Of a stretch of DNA of 24,272 nt, positions 1 to 7,753 are shown in pieces. Made by a program: the position numbers and the translations under genes. The DNA is from a candidate division WOR-3 bacterium (GTDB lineage Bacteria; Hydrothermota; Tepidihabitantia; Tepidihabitantales; Tepidihabitantaceae): assembly GCA_039801225.1 (NCBI GenBank), contig JBDRUH010000018.1, forward strand, positions 1-24,272, in the 5' to 3' direction. The notes beneath the pieces were generated by a model that saw only the letters and a program-made list of their open reading frames with translations, had not been told where the DNA came from and did no database searches. Each line of letters opens with the position of its first letter. Within the stretch, counting starts at the first letter, position 1.

Positions 1-399
1 GTCTATCTACGCTGGGAGAGTGAGACATTAGAATACCTACCGGCACTTGACCACAAGTGTAATGCTGGACTTAATATGGTTAGCATTTCTCCGCACGGGG
101 AAGTTTACCCGTGTGTTGCCCTGAAGATTCCGGCAGGGAATTTAAAAAAAGAAAAATTTGAACAAATTTGGCAACTCGCTCCGATTTTGGTAAAATTAAG
201 GAGTATGAAATTTACTGATTTCAAAAAATGCCCGGAATGTCCCCTCTTGGATATATGTTCAAGGTGTCCGGGATTTTCCCTTCCCGAAGAAGGGGATTTC
301 TTAATACCTTCTAAGGAGGAATGCCGAATAGCAAGATTAAGAAAGGAGGTCAGAAATGAAAAGGGCACAATATCAAAAGCCAGAACTTACCAAGCATAA
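1..399 (+). CDS. Radical SAM/SPASM domain protein, C-terminal part (5' truncated by window)
   Basis: Frame 1 is open from base 1: ...HKCNAGLNMVSISPHGEVYPC...GNL...FEQIW...CPECPLLDICSRCPG...EC. This is the typical SPASM auxiliary Fe-S pattern. The radical SAM core itself lies outside the window. Confidence 0.9.
   Translation, partial: VYLRWESETLEYLPALDHKCNAGLNMVSISPHGEVYPCVALKIPAGNLKKEKFEQIWQLAPILVKLRSMKFTDFKKCPECPLLDICSRCPGFSLPEEGDFLIPSKEECRIARLRKEVRNEKGTISKARTYQA
343..350 (+). promoter_or_regulatory. Shine-Dalgarno site of precursor peptide
   Basis: AAGGAGGT 5 nt upstream of ATG 356, embedded in the SPASM coding sequence. Confidence 0.8.
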
Positions 400-514
400 G
401 TCTTTGCGGAAATTGACTATGGCTGCGTATAAGCAGGATTCTAATCCCGATTGTCAGTCAAGTTGTGCCTATTGTGCTGGTGGTGGCGGTAACCCAGCAA
501 TGAACTGTGTATAA
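356..514 (+). CDS. Putative RiPP precursor peptide, 52 aa: MKRAQYQKPELTKHKSLRKLTMAAYKQDSNPDCQSSCAYCAGGGGNPAMNCV
   Basis: Hand-translated; absent from the ORF track. Strong SD, leader YQKPELxxxKxxxxxT matching the lasso/RRE-binding YxxPxLxxxGxxxxxT spacing, Cys-rich C-terminus, and position directly after an rSAM/SPASM gene. Confidence 0.85.
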   Translation: MKRAQYQKPELTKHKSLRKLTMAAYKQDSNPDCQSSCAYCAGGGGNPAMNCV

Positions 515-534
515 TGAAATAGTCTGTTTATTTA

Positions 535-543
535 TAAGGAGGT
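535..543 (+). promoter_or_regulatory. Shine-Dalgarno site of kinase gene
   Basis: TAAGGAGGT at the start of the stop-free frame that runs from 518 into ORF 803-1549. Confidence 0.65.
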
Positions 544-550
544 CGGAGAA

Positions 551-1549
551 GTATTTATAATTAGGTTTAAACTCGGTGGCAACTTAATAGAATTTTCAAC
601 CAATAATTTTAAATTATTTGAATATTTAATTTCTTCTTTAGGATTAACAGAAACTGACACGACAAATAATAATTTTTCCATTAAAGAGAGGATAATAAAA
701 ATTAGATGGCGGGCAATCAAAGAAAAGTCTTTAATAAAACTCCCGCTCAGTACCGAACTTATCTATATCGGACCGCGATGGCGATTTTATCGCCATAATA
801 GGTTGTGGTTCTGTCAATACAAAAAAGGCATTTTCTTCAAAGTCAACTTAAACCAAGAGACGATAACCGGGGATGTTAAGGTTCGATATCTACCAGAACC
901 GGAGTTCTTTCTTGAAGTCCTTTTTCCTTTATTTGAAATTTTGCGCCGGCGGGGATTGTATGCGGTTCACTGTGGAGCGGTTGGGTTTAAAGAAAAGAAA
1001 CCGAAAACTGGTGACCGGAGACAGAGTATTAAAGGAATAATTTTCCCTGGCAAGGCAGGAGCAGGAAAGAGCAGTTTAGTCCTCCATCTGGTTGCCCAGG
1101 GGGCGAAGTTTTTAAGTGACGACCGTTGCTTGCTGAGTAAGGATATGTTAGGTTTTCAGGTTTTCGGGCTTAGGGAAAAGGTGCGGATTTGTCCGGAAAA
1201 TTTCGCAGGGATTACGAAGTTGGCGGTTTTTGCCTCAGGCAACCCCGGATTTAAAAAAAGTTTTAACATTACTGATGTCTATCCAGATAGTATAATTGAG
1301 AAGGCAAAAGTTAAACTGATTGTTTTCCCATCTTGGCAACCACAAGAGAAAAGCCGGTTAACACCGATATCAGCCAGTGAGGCGCTGAAAGAAATTCTGC
1401 CACTTTCCCTTGAGGCGTTCTTTCCGGATTCGGCTAAAGCCAATTTTGAATTCCTCTCTGACCTGGTTACAAGTCTTCCCTGTTATAGATTTTATCTCGG
1501 CAAGGACAGGGAAAACTGGTATAATATAATCAAGAGGCTGGTCTGTTAA
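551..1549 (+). CDS. HPr kinase-related P-loop kinase (lasso/RiPP tailoring kinase-like); start uncertain (about 551-560 non-canonical, or TTG 803)
   Basis: VHCGAV catalytic-His segment, Walker A GKAGAGKSS and FLSDD motif. Frame is open without stops from 518, with a strong SD at 535-543. Confidence 0.75.
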   Translation, partial: VFIIRFKLGGNLIEFSTNNFKLFEYLISSLGLTETDTTNNNFSIKERIIKIRWRAIKEKSLIKLPLSTELIYIGPRWRFYRHNRLWFCQYKKGIFFKVNLNQETITGDVKVRYLPEPEFFLEVLFPLFEILRRRGLYAVHCGAVGFKEKKPKTGDRRQSIKGIIFPGKAGAGKSSLVLHLVAQGAKFLSDDRCLLSKDMLGFQVFGLREKVRICPENFAGITKLAVFASGNPGFKKSFNITDVYPDSIIEKAKVKLIVFPSWQPQEKSRLTPISASEALKEILPLSLEAFFPDSAKANFEFLSDLVTSLPCYRFYLGKDRENWYNIIKRLVC

Positions 1550-1581
1550 ATAAGGAACTTCCAGAAATTAAACCTGAAGAC

Positions 1582-2625
1582 TTGCAGGAGTTTCTTAAGG
1601 ATTTTGTCATTATGGAGAAGGTTCCCTTAGACAGCGAAAAGAGGCAGGCACTTAAACGGGTGATTGCGGCCAGAAACATCTTTTTGTTAAATGAACTGCG
1701 TCAGATACTTGATGCTTTTCATCGTTCTAAAATTGAAGTAATTATTCTAAAAGGGGCAGCCTTAACCGAAAGCCTCTATCCCCATATCGGCATCAGGGGA
1801 TTTGTTGACATTGACCTTTTGGTTCATCCTGAAGATATGTCGAGGGTAGCAGAAATTATCCGGAGTTTTAATTATCAGCCTGAAATCCCTGGGGCTGATT
1901 TGGGTCAACCGTGGACTGAGAAATTCGGCTGCATAGTTGATGTAACTTATATCAAGCAGAATGAACTGACCGTAATGGTGGATGTGCATTGGGGTTTAGG
2001 TCGTCCAGGAACCTATTTTGACCGGGTGGATATTAAAAGTTTGTGGCATAGGGCAAAGAAGGAAAAGGTTGCAGGTATTGATGCTTTGATCTTATGTCCG
2101 GAGGATTTGCTCATTTTCCTCTGTCTTCATATGTTCAAACATTGTCCTAATTTCAATTTCAACTCTCTCTGCGATATTGGCCAATTAATAAAGTTTAGTG
2201 GCAGTGATATTGACTGGCAGGACTTTGTGAATAGAGTTTTTCAGTTTAGAATATGTCTGCCGGTGAGATTCGCTATTCAGCAAACCTGCAGGGTATTTCA
2301 ATCTCCGGTGCCTGTTTGGGTGCTTAAAAAATTTGATAGTTATAATCCGGGCTTTTTAGAAAGAGTGTCTTTTCGAATAGGGAGAGCACCGGGACAAAGA
2401 TACAGTACTGGTAGATATACATTGTCGTGTATACTCATTGTTCAGGGTTTGGGCAGAAAAATCGGCTATCTTCGGCGGATATTTTTCCCCGACAGGAAAT
2501 TTATTCTCTGGCGTTATGGCAACAGGTTCAACTCTCTGCCCCAATACTATATTATGCATCTATTTAGAGTAATAATTGAATTCGGCGCGGCGATTTCCCT
2601 CAAAAGAAGTTCCCCTAATGAGTGA
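1582..2625 (+). CDS. Nucleotidyltransferase family protein (NTP_transf_5-like); alternative CTG start at 1543
   Basis: LKGAAL..YP..G.R...DIDLLV and VDVHW motifs characteristic of the uncharacterised nucleotidyltransferase family found in lasso/PqqD clusters. Confidence 0.85.
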   Translation: MQEFLKDFVIMEKVPLDSEKRQALKRVIAARNIFLLNELRQILDAFHRSKIEVIILKGAALTESLYPHIGIRGFVDIDLLVHPEDMSRVAEIIRSFNYQPEIPGADLGQPWTEKFGCIVDVTYIKQNELTVMVDVHWGLGRPGTYFDRVDIKSLWHRAKKEKVAGIDALILCPEDLLIFLCLHMFKHCPNFNFNSLCDIGQLIKFSGSDIDWQDFVNRVFQFRICLPVRFAIQQTCRVFQSPVPVWVLKKFDSYNPGFLERVSFRIGRAPGQRYSTGRYTLSCILIVQGLGRKIGYLRRIFFPDRKFILWRYGNRFNSLPQYYIMHLFRVIIEFGAAISLKRSSPNE

Positions 2626-3370
2626 ACCAATAACAATCGTTGATCTCACTAAACGTTTCCCCCAAAAAAGAGGAATGCGCGATTTGTTGCTTAAAAATAA
2701 AAATTACCTCTTTGCTCTTAATGGGGTGACTATCAAAGTAAAAAAAGGTGAGGTTTTTGGTTTGATGGGTCCGAACGGAGGGGGTAAAACAACGCTTCTG
2801 CGGATTTTGGCGACCCTGCTTCTGCCAGATGGTGGCAAAGCGTCTGTTAATGGTTATGATGTCATTACTCAGCCTGGAGAGGTGAAAATGAGCATCGGCT
2901 ACTGTTATGAGGGCGAAAGAAGTTTCTACTTCCGGTTGACCGGCAGGCAGAATTTGGAATTCTTTGCTGCACTTCAGAACTTAAGTGGACGCCGGCTCAG
3001 GGAGGAGGTTGCCCGTGTCCTTGACCTATTAGAACTATCCGCTTTTGCTGATCGCCTCTTTATGGAATACTCAACCGGGATGCGTCAGCGGCTCAATCTT
3101 GCCCGTGCCCTGTTAAATGACCCGCCAGTTTTACTTTTAGACGAGCCGACAAAAAGCCTTGACCCAATTGCCGCGCAGCACTTCCGGAAGTTTCTTAAGG
3201 AAAAAGTAGTTAAGGAAGGGAATAAGACCGTTTTGATCGCTACCCACAGTCTTGAAGAGGCGCAATATCTCTGCGACCGAATTGCCATTATTGAACAGGG
3301 GCGGGTTGTTGCCGAAGGCAATTATCAGAGAATAAGTGCTTACTTACAGAACAAAGGTGAGACTAAATAA
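2618..3370 (+). CDS. ABC transporter ATP-binding protein (ABC-2/DrrA-like exporter)
   Basis: Walker A GPNGGGKTT, signature YSTGMRQ, Walker B LLLDEPT, H-loop ATH. ATG 2618 overlaps the end of the upstream gene. Confidence 0.95.
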   Translation: MSEPITIVDLTKRFPQKRGMRDLLLKNKNYLFALNGVTIKVKKGEVFGLMGPNGGGKTTLLRILATLLLPDGGKASVNGYDVITQPGEVKMSIGYCYEGERSFYFRLTGRQNLEFFAALQNLSGRRLREEVARVLDLLELSAFADRLFMEYSTGMRQRLNLARALLNDPPVLLLDEPTKSLDPIAAQHFRKFLKEKVVKEGNKTVLIATHSLEEAQYLCDRIAIIEQGRVVAEGNYQRISAYLQNKGETK

Positions 3371-4166
3371 ACTTATTGCCTTTATAAAAAAGGATTTCGT
3401 AATTGCCCGGAACTACCGTTTTGCCTTTATTTTGGAAATCCTGGGGATTTTCTTTTCCACCGCTTCGCTTTATTTCCTCTCGCGGATTTTCGGGAGTAGC
3501 ATTTCACCTTATCTTGAACCATATGGTAACAACTACTTTGCCTTTGTCCTCATCGGTATTGCCCTTTCCTCCTATCTCAGTTTCTCGCTTTACAGTTATT
3601 CCTCCCAGTTACGGGAATCTCAAGTCCAAGGTACCTTGGAGGCGCTACTGGTTACGCCAACTTCGCTTAGCACAATTGTTCTTTTTTCATCCATTTATCC
3701 ATTCCTTTATACTTCGCTCTCGGTAATCATCTATCTAATCCTCGGCATTCTGGTATTTGGTTTCTCTCTGGACAATGCAAACTTCTTGGCTGCCTTTGTC
3801 ATTCTTATCCTATCAATTACCTCCTTTTCCGGACTCGGCATCCTTTCGGCTGCCTTTATTATGGTATTTAAAAGGGGGAGTCCAATCCAATGGCTTGTCG
3901 GCAGCCTTTCCTATCTCCTTTCTGGTACATTATATCCGGTTTCAGTCTTGCCCGCCTGGTTGCAAAAATTTTCCTACCTTTTGCCATTGACCTATTCCTT
4001 GCAGGGGATGAGAGGCGCTCTGTTACAGAACCTACCGCTGAGAAACCTTGCTCCTAATATTATTGCCCTTTTACTGTTCAGTGTCGCCTTATTACCTTTA
4101 GGTCTTGGTGCATTTTATTACGCAACCAGAAGGGCCAAGATAGATGGCAGTCTGACTCATTACTGA
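3357..4166 (+). CDS. ABC-2 type transporter permease
   Basis: About 6 hydrophobic segments, E..QGTLEALLVTP and LSGTLYPVSVLPAWLQ..SYLLPLTY motifs. GTG 3357 chosen as start (track gives 3336). Confidence 0.92.
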   Translation: MRLNKLIAFIKKDFVIARNYRFAFILEILGIFFSTASLYFLSRIFGSSISPYLEPYGNNYFAFVLIGIALSSYLSFSLYSYSSQLRESQVQGTLEALLVTPTSLSTIVLFSSIYPFLYTSLSVIIYLILGILVFGFSLDNANFLAAFVILILSITSFSGLGILSAAFIMVFKRGSPIQWLVGSLSYLLSGTLYPVSVLPAWLQKFSYLLPLTYSLQGMRGALLQNLPLRNLAPNIIALLLFSVALLPLGLGAFYYATRRAKIDGSLTHY

Positions 4167-4171
4167 AGTTT

Positions 4172-7100
4172 TCATTGCAGAAATACGCAGCGATAAGTCA
4201 TTGTTTTTTCAGCGGCTTGTAATTTAATAAAATAAACTCCTTGAGCAAGGTTTTCTGGCTGCCAAAATAGTTCGTAACTGCCTGCAGGCTGGGTCTGATT
4301 GATTAGGGTTATAACTTTTCTGCCGGTGATGTCAAAGGCAGTAACCGATACCTGACTGGCAAAAGGAAGTGAATAATGGATTTTTGCTTTTTTGTTAAAG
4401 GGGTTAGGCGAGACCGAGAGGGTAGGACTGCCGTTTCTAAGTTCTGTATTCATCTCTTCAATTATTCCGACATTAGTATTGAACCAATTCTGAGATGCAG
4501 AACAGGAGGCGATGTAGGAGATGGAGTCGGATGCGGCGATGAAGGCAAATGCCACCCTTTGTTTGCCATTGGGTAGGAGGTCAAAAGGACCTGTTGCTAC
4601 CGCGATTGACCAGTTGTAAGGACGGTCAGACCGTTGAGCACCAAGAGTTCCATTTAAGATGCGGAACTTCATCTCCTCGGTCAGCGCTGAATCTGGATAG
4701 ACATAGCGACTGTGGTCAATGCAGGTAAGGTTTACCGGGTTTTGGGGATAAAGTAGTTTGACACCAAGGTAACGGTCAGGGAACTGGATATTCGACATCA
4801 CCGCGGTGTTTAGCCCCGGCAGAGTAAAGGCGATATCGTGGAAACGGTCGTTTATTTTTACATCAAAGTCGGCAAGAATTCCAGCATAAAGCCCTAACAG
4901 CGGCTGAGTAGCAGTATTTTTGATGTCATAAATTAAAACCACGAAATTATCTGCCCCGGGTTTGTTCAAACCTAACGCCTTTTGTTCAACAAGCAGACCC
5001 TTGGGTTGAGGGTGACCTTCGTCGGTAAACCCCCCATAAATAAATTCATCCGAGTTCCAGAGTGGCAGCCGCACTCGGAGGCTTTCGTGAAGTCGCCAAT
5101 CTTGGTCAAAGCCATATTTACTCTGGTTGTAAAACCGGTCAACAAGATAATCTGCTGAGTTACCTACTGAGAAACTGGCGATGTTTAACCCGGTGGTGTC
5201 CGATTTGGGATAACGAAACCCCTTTCCCTGACGCGAGGAGGAGATGTCAAAACCGATTGTTCCACGGGCGGTTACGGTTAAGGCACAGATACCGGTGTCA
5301 ATCTCAACCCAGGTTCTGCCCGGATACCCCAGGTCAAGAGAAAACCAGAATCCAAATTCACCCTGGTCGGAGTGAACCAAGGCGAAAAGTTCTGGACTTG
5401 AGCCGGGCAAGGCAGAAGACCGGGCAGAGACGACGAGGCTGGTTGCTTGAACAGGATTATCAGGAAAAATGGTGTCAATAAAGGTGGTTGAGTCGAGAAT
5501 AGAGATATCCGGGTTAACTGTTGATAAGGTGAGATTGATGTTGGTTGCTGGAGAGAGACCTATGTTGAGAAAAGTCAGTTTTAGACCAGCGGTCTCGCCG
5601 GGCTCAAGGATGCGGTTTGGGTTGGATTGGGTGCTGTCATCAATTTCGTAGTTTTGGTAGATGATAACCGGTTCTGGGATGCCCTGTTTGATAATAATGG
5701 TTTTCTCTCCAGACAGGCTGTTATGCCGGGTGGCGGTAATTTTTAGTTCACCCGGGGTTAGTGGATGAATGGTTAGATTCGCTTCTCCATTAATATTAGT
5801 GTTAGCCCGGGCAAAAACATCGTTATTTTTATAAGCGGTTACCACAGCTCCAGGAGCGGGACTGCCATTTTCGTAGACGGTAACCTTCAATGTCTGGGGG
5901 CCGGTAAGAATGGTGTCAGGAGCGTTAAGAGTGAGGTCAAAAGGAGGCTCAGTCCAGATGTCAATCGTTGGGTCGCCGAGAAGGTTAAATTCGGTGAAGC
6001 ACCAGCGCCAGATTTTATCCCATTGAGCATAGATAACATATTGCTCGCGCGACCGGTTGTGGCAGGAACCGATAACCGATTGCTGGCAGTTGAATAAAAA
6101 GTCATAAAAACGAATGCAGAGTAGTTCTGAAGGACCAATATAAGGGGGTGTCCCCCAGCCATAGCGGGAGTTCATCATTACACCAATTGCACCACCATTT
6201 GGGCAGTTCAATGCTGCTTCAGCTAGGCAGTCCTCAGCCTCAAAGTTGCCGGGGTTGCAGGCGAGCGAGGTGATAATAGTAAATCTTTGGTCGTTGTGCT
6301 GATTACCGGCAAGACCGGAGGTATAAATTGGTGTGCCATCTTCGTCATATACCCCGTATTCATTGCCATGTCCTGCCGGGTCAAAAATGGCAAAACCGTT
6401 ATCAAAAGAGTCGGCAACTAATTGGGAGTTGGGCGAGTTCTCCATCTTTCGGTCAATCCAGTCTGAAGGGGTAATGTTGGCGATGGAATCATTGACAAAC
6501 TTGCCATGATAACCGATTGACCGCCAGAGCCAGCCCGAGGGTAAGAGGGCGCGTTTGATGTAGTCGGTTGCCGGGTTGTTCTCATAGGTTTTGACCTTGT
6601 TAATAAAGTTATAAACCTGAATTGAGTCCTCAACTGAGACACGACCGACAATAACATCGGCATAGAAGTCAACCGAATCCGCCATTTCCCCAAAGAGGTT
6701 ATTATTGTTTGAGTCCCAGGAGTAGTCCAAATCGCCAAAATAGAGGTCGGTAGGAATATCCCAAGGTTCGGGAATTTCTAACCGGATGCGCCTTGAGGGA
6801 ACCTGTTGAACATCGCCGGCGAGGAGTACATAGCAGAGCCCGCGATTCTGGAAGTAGTTGATAATTAGGTTACGAATCTTTTCCTGAATGTCCCGTCCAG
6901 AAAAGTTGTGCTCAACCCACTCAACGGTTCTTATTTCGGACTTAAGCCCCCTAGAATTTTTATATTCAATATAGGAGGTAAAAAGCGGAGCAAGTTTCTG
7001 AGTGGTTATTATCAGATAGTTAATCTGAGGCTGAGTGAGTTTTTTAACCGGTGGGGCAAAGGTTGAAAGATTTTCCGGGTTGGTTATTAGTGGGCCGAGG

Positions 7101-7672
7101 CTTTTAAGAGTGATTTCCTTTTGGAGAGGTGTGAGGGTGATTGGCAATATGGCGCTCTTTTGATAATAAATAGCAATTTCTACCTGGGTGTGCAAGAAAA
7201 GTTCACCAGAACGGGGATGGTATTCAAAAGGGCAAAGGGTAATTGAGACAAGCCGGAAACCGGTGGCGTTGCCGGTGGAGTAACGGATAAGCGGTTGGTT
7301 CGGAAATGGTTCATCTGAGGAGTAGGTTGCAGAGTCGGGTGGAACGAAAGTGCTAATTTCTCTTTGGGAAAGGGGCGTTGGTAACTGAGCGGGAAAAATG
7401 TTAAATTTGCCGGGGATGTTTTCAGTGATTAGTGGTTTGACGAGCACATCACTGAGATGGGCATCGGCAGGGATGACAAAGGTTAGAGTGACAAGGGGGA
7501 GAGCAGGTTTGCCCGGGTCAGACAGGGTAAAACTCTTGGGAAGTTCTACCACATCATAGCCCTGATAATTACGGAAGTTTAACGTCTTATCAGAAAAATT
7601 CACCGTTTTCCTCAGAACACTGGAGAAAAGGTGAAGAGAAGCCAGTAAAAGTAAAAGAATAATCCTTTTCAA
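4172..7672 (-). CDS. Secreted C25-family (gingipain-like) cysteine peptidase with propeptide and T9SS-type C-terminal domain
   Basis: Signal peptide, propeptide (PGKPALP), YVLLAGD, DLYFGDLD, VIVGRVS, catalytic GHG and ACNPG, FNLLGDP, and C-terminal SPNPFN...DITGRKV...GVYFIKL. TTG start with GGAGG RBS. Confidence 0.9.
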   Translation of the reverse strand: MKRIILLLLLASLHLFSSVLRKTVNFSDKTLNFRNYQGYDVVELPKSFTLSDPGKPALPLVTLTFVIPADAHLSDVLVKPLITENIPGKFNIFPAQLPTPLSQREISTFVPPDSATYSSDEPFPNQPLIRYSTGNATGFRLVSITLCPFEYHPRSGELFLHTQVEIAIYYQKSAILPITLTPLQKEITLKSLGPLITNPENLSTFAPPVKKLTQPQINYLIITTQKLAPLFTSYIEYKNSRGLKSEIRTVEWVEHNFSGRDIQEKIRNLIINYFQNRGLCYVLLAGDVQQVPSRRIRLEIPEPWDIPTDLYFGDLDYSWDSNNNNLFGEMADSVDFYADVIVGRVSVEDSIQVYNFINKVKTYENNPATDYIKRALLPSGWLWRSIGYHGKFVNDSIANITPSDWIDRKMENSPNSQLVADSFDNGFAIFDPAGHGNEYGVYDEDGTPIYTSGLAGNQHNDQRFTIITSLACNPGNFEAEDCLAEAALNCPNGGAIGVMMNSRYGWGTPPYIGPSELLCIRFYDFLFNCQQSVIGSCHNRSREQYVIYAQWDKIWRWCFTEFNLLGDPTIDIWTEPPFDLTLNAPDTILTGPQTLKVTVYENGSPAPGAVVTAYKNNDVFARANTNINGEANLTIHPLTPGELKITATRHNSLSGEKTIIIKQGIPEPVIIYQNYEIDDSTQSNPNRILEPGETAGLKLTFLNIGLSPATNINLTLSTVNPDISILDSTTFIDTIFPDNPVQATSLVVSARSSALPGSSPELFALVHSDQGEFGFWFSLDLGYPGRTWVEIDTGICALTVTARGTIGFDISSSRQGKGFRYPKSDTTGLNIASFSVGNSADYLVDRFYNQSKYGFDQDWRLHESLRVRLPLWNSDEFIYGGFTDEGHPQPKGLLVEQKALGLNKPGADNFVVLIYDIKNTATQPLLGLYAGILADFDVKINDRFHDIAFTLPGLNTAVMSNIQFPDRYLGVKLLYPQNPVNLTCIDHSRYVYPDSALTEEMKFRILNGTLGAQRSDRPYNWSIAVATGPFDLLPNGKQRVAFAFIAASDSISYIASCSASQNWFNTNVGIIEEMNTELRNGSPTLSVSPNPFNKKAKIHYSLPFASQVSVTAFDITGRKVITLINQTQPAGSYELFWQPENLAQGVYFIKLQAAEKTMTYRCVFLQ

Positions 7673-7708
7673 TTGTCCTCCTGGGTAAAATAAAACTAAT
7701 ATAAGCTT

Positions 7709-7736
7709 ATTTTAAAGAAAAATAAACCAAAGGCAA
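7709..7736 (-). promoter_or_regulatory. Putative sigma70-type promoter of C25 gene
   Basis: TTGCCT-16 nt-TAAAAT on the minus strand, upstream of the GGAGG RBS. Confidence 0.45.
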
Positions 7737-7753
7737 GAAGAAAATTATAAATT

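Noticed and set aside
356..514. Calling the peptide a classical lasso peptide
   Set aside because: No cyclase or B protease in the window, and Asp is not at core position 7-9 for the Thr(-2) register. Not fully excluded because the upstream part of the cluster is unseen.
514..522. ATG overlapping the precursor stop (TAATG) as the start of the next gene
   Set aside because: It reads ATG AAA TAG, only two codons.
105..720. Minus-strand ORFs 105-368 and 532-720
   Set aside because: Antisense shadows of the SPASM and kinase frames with no motifs.
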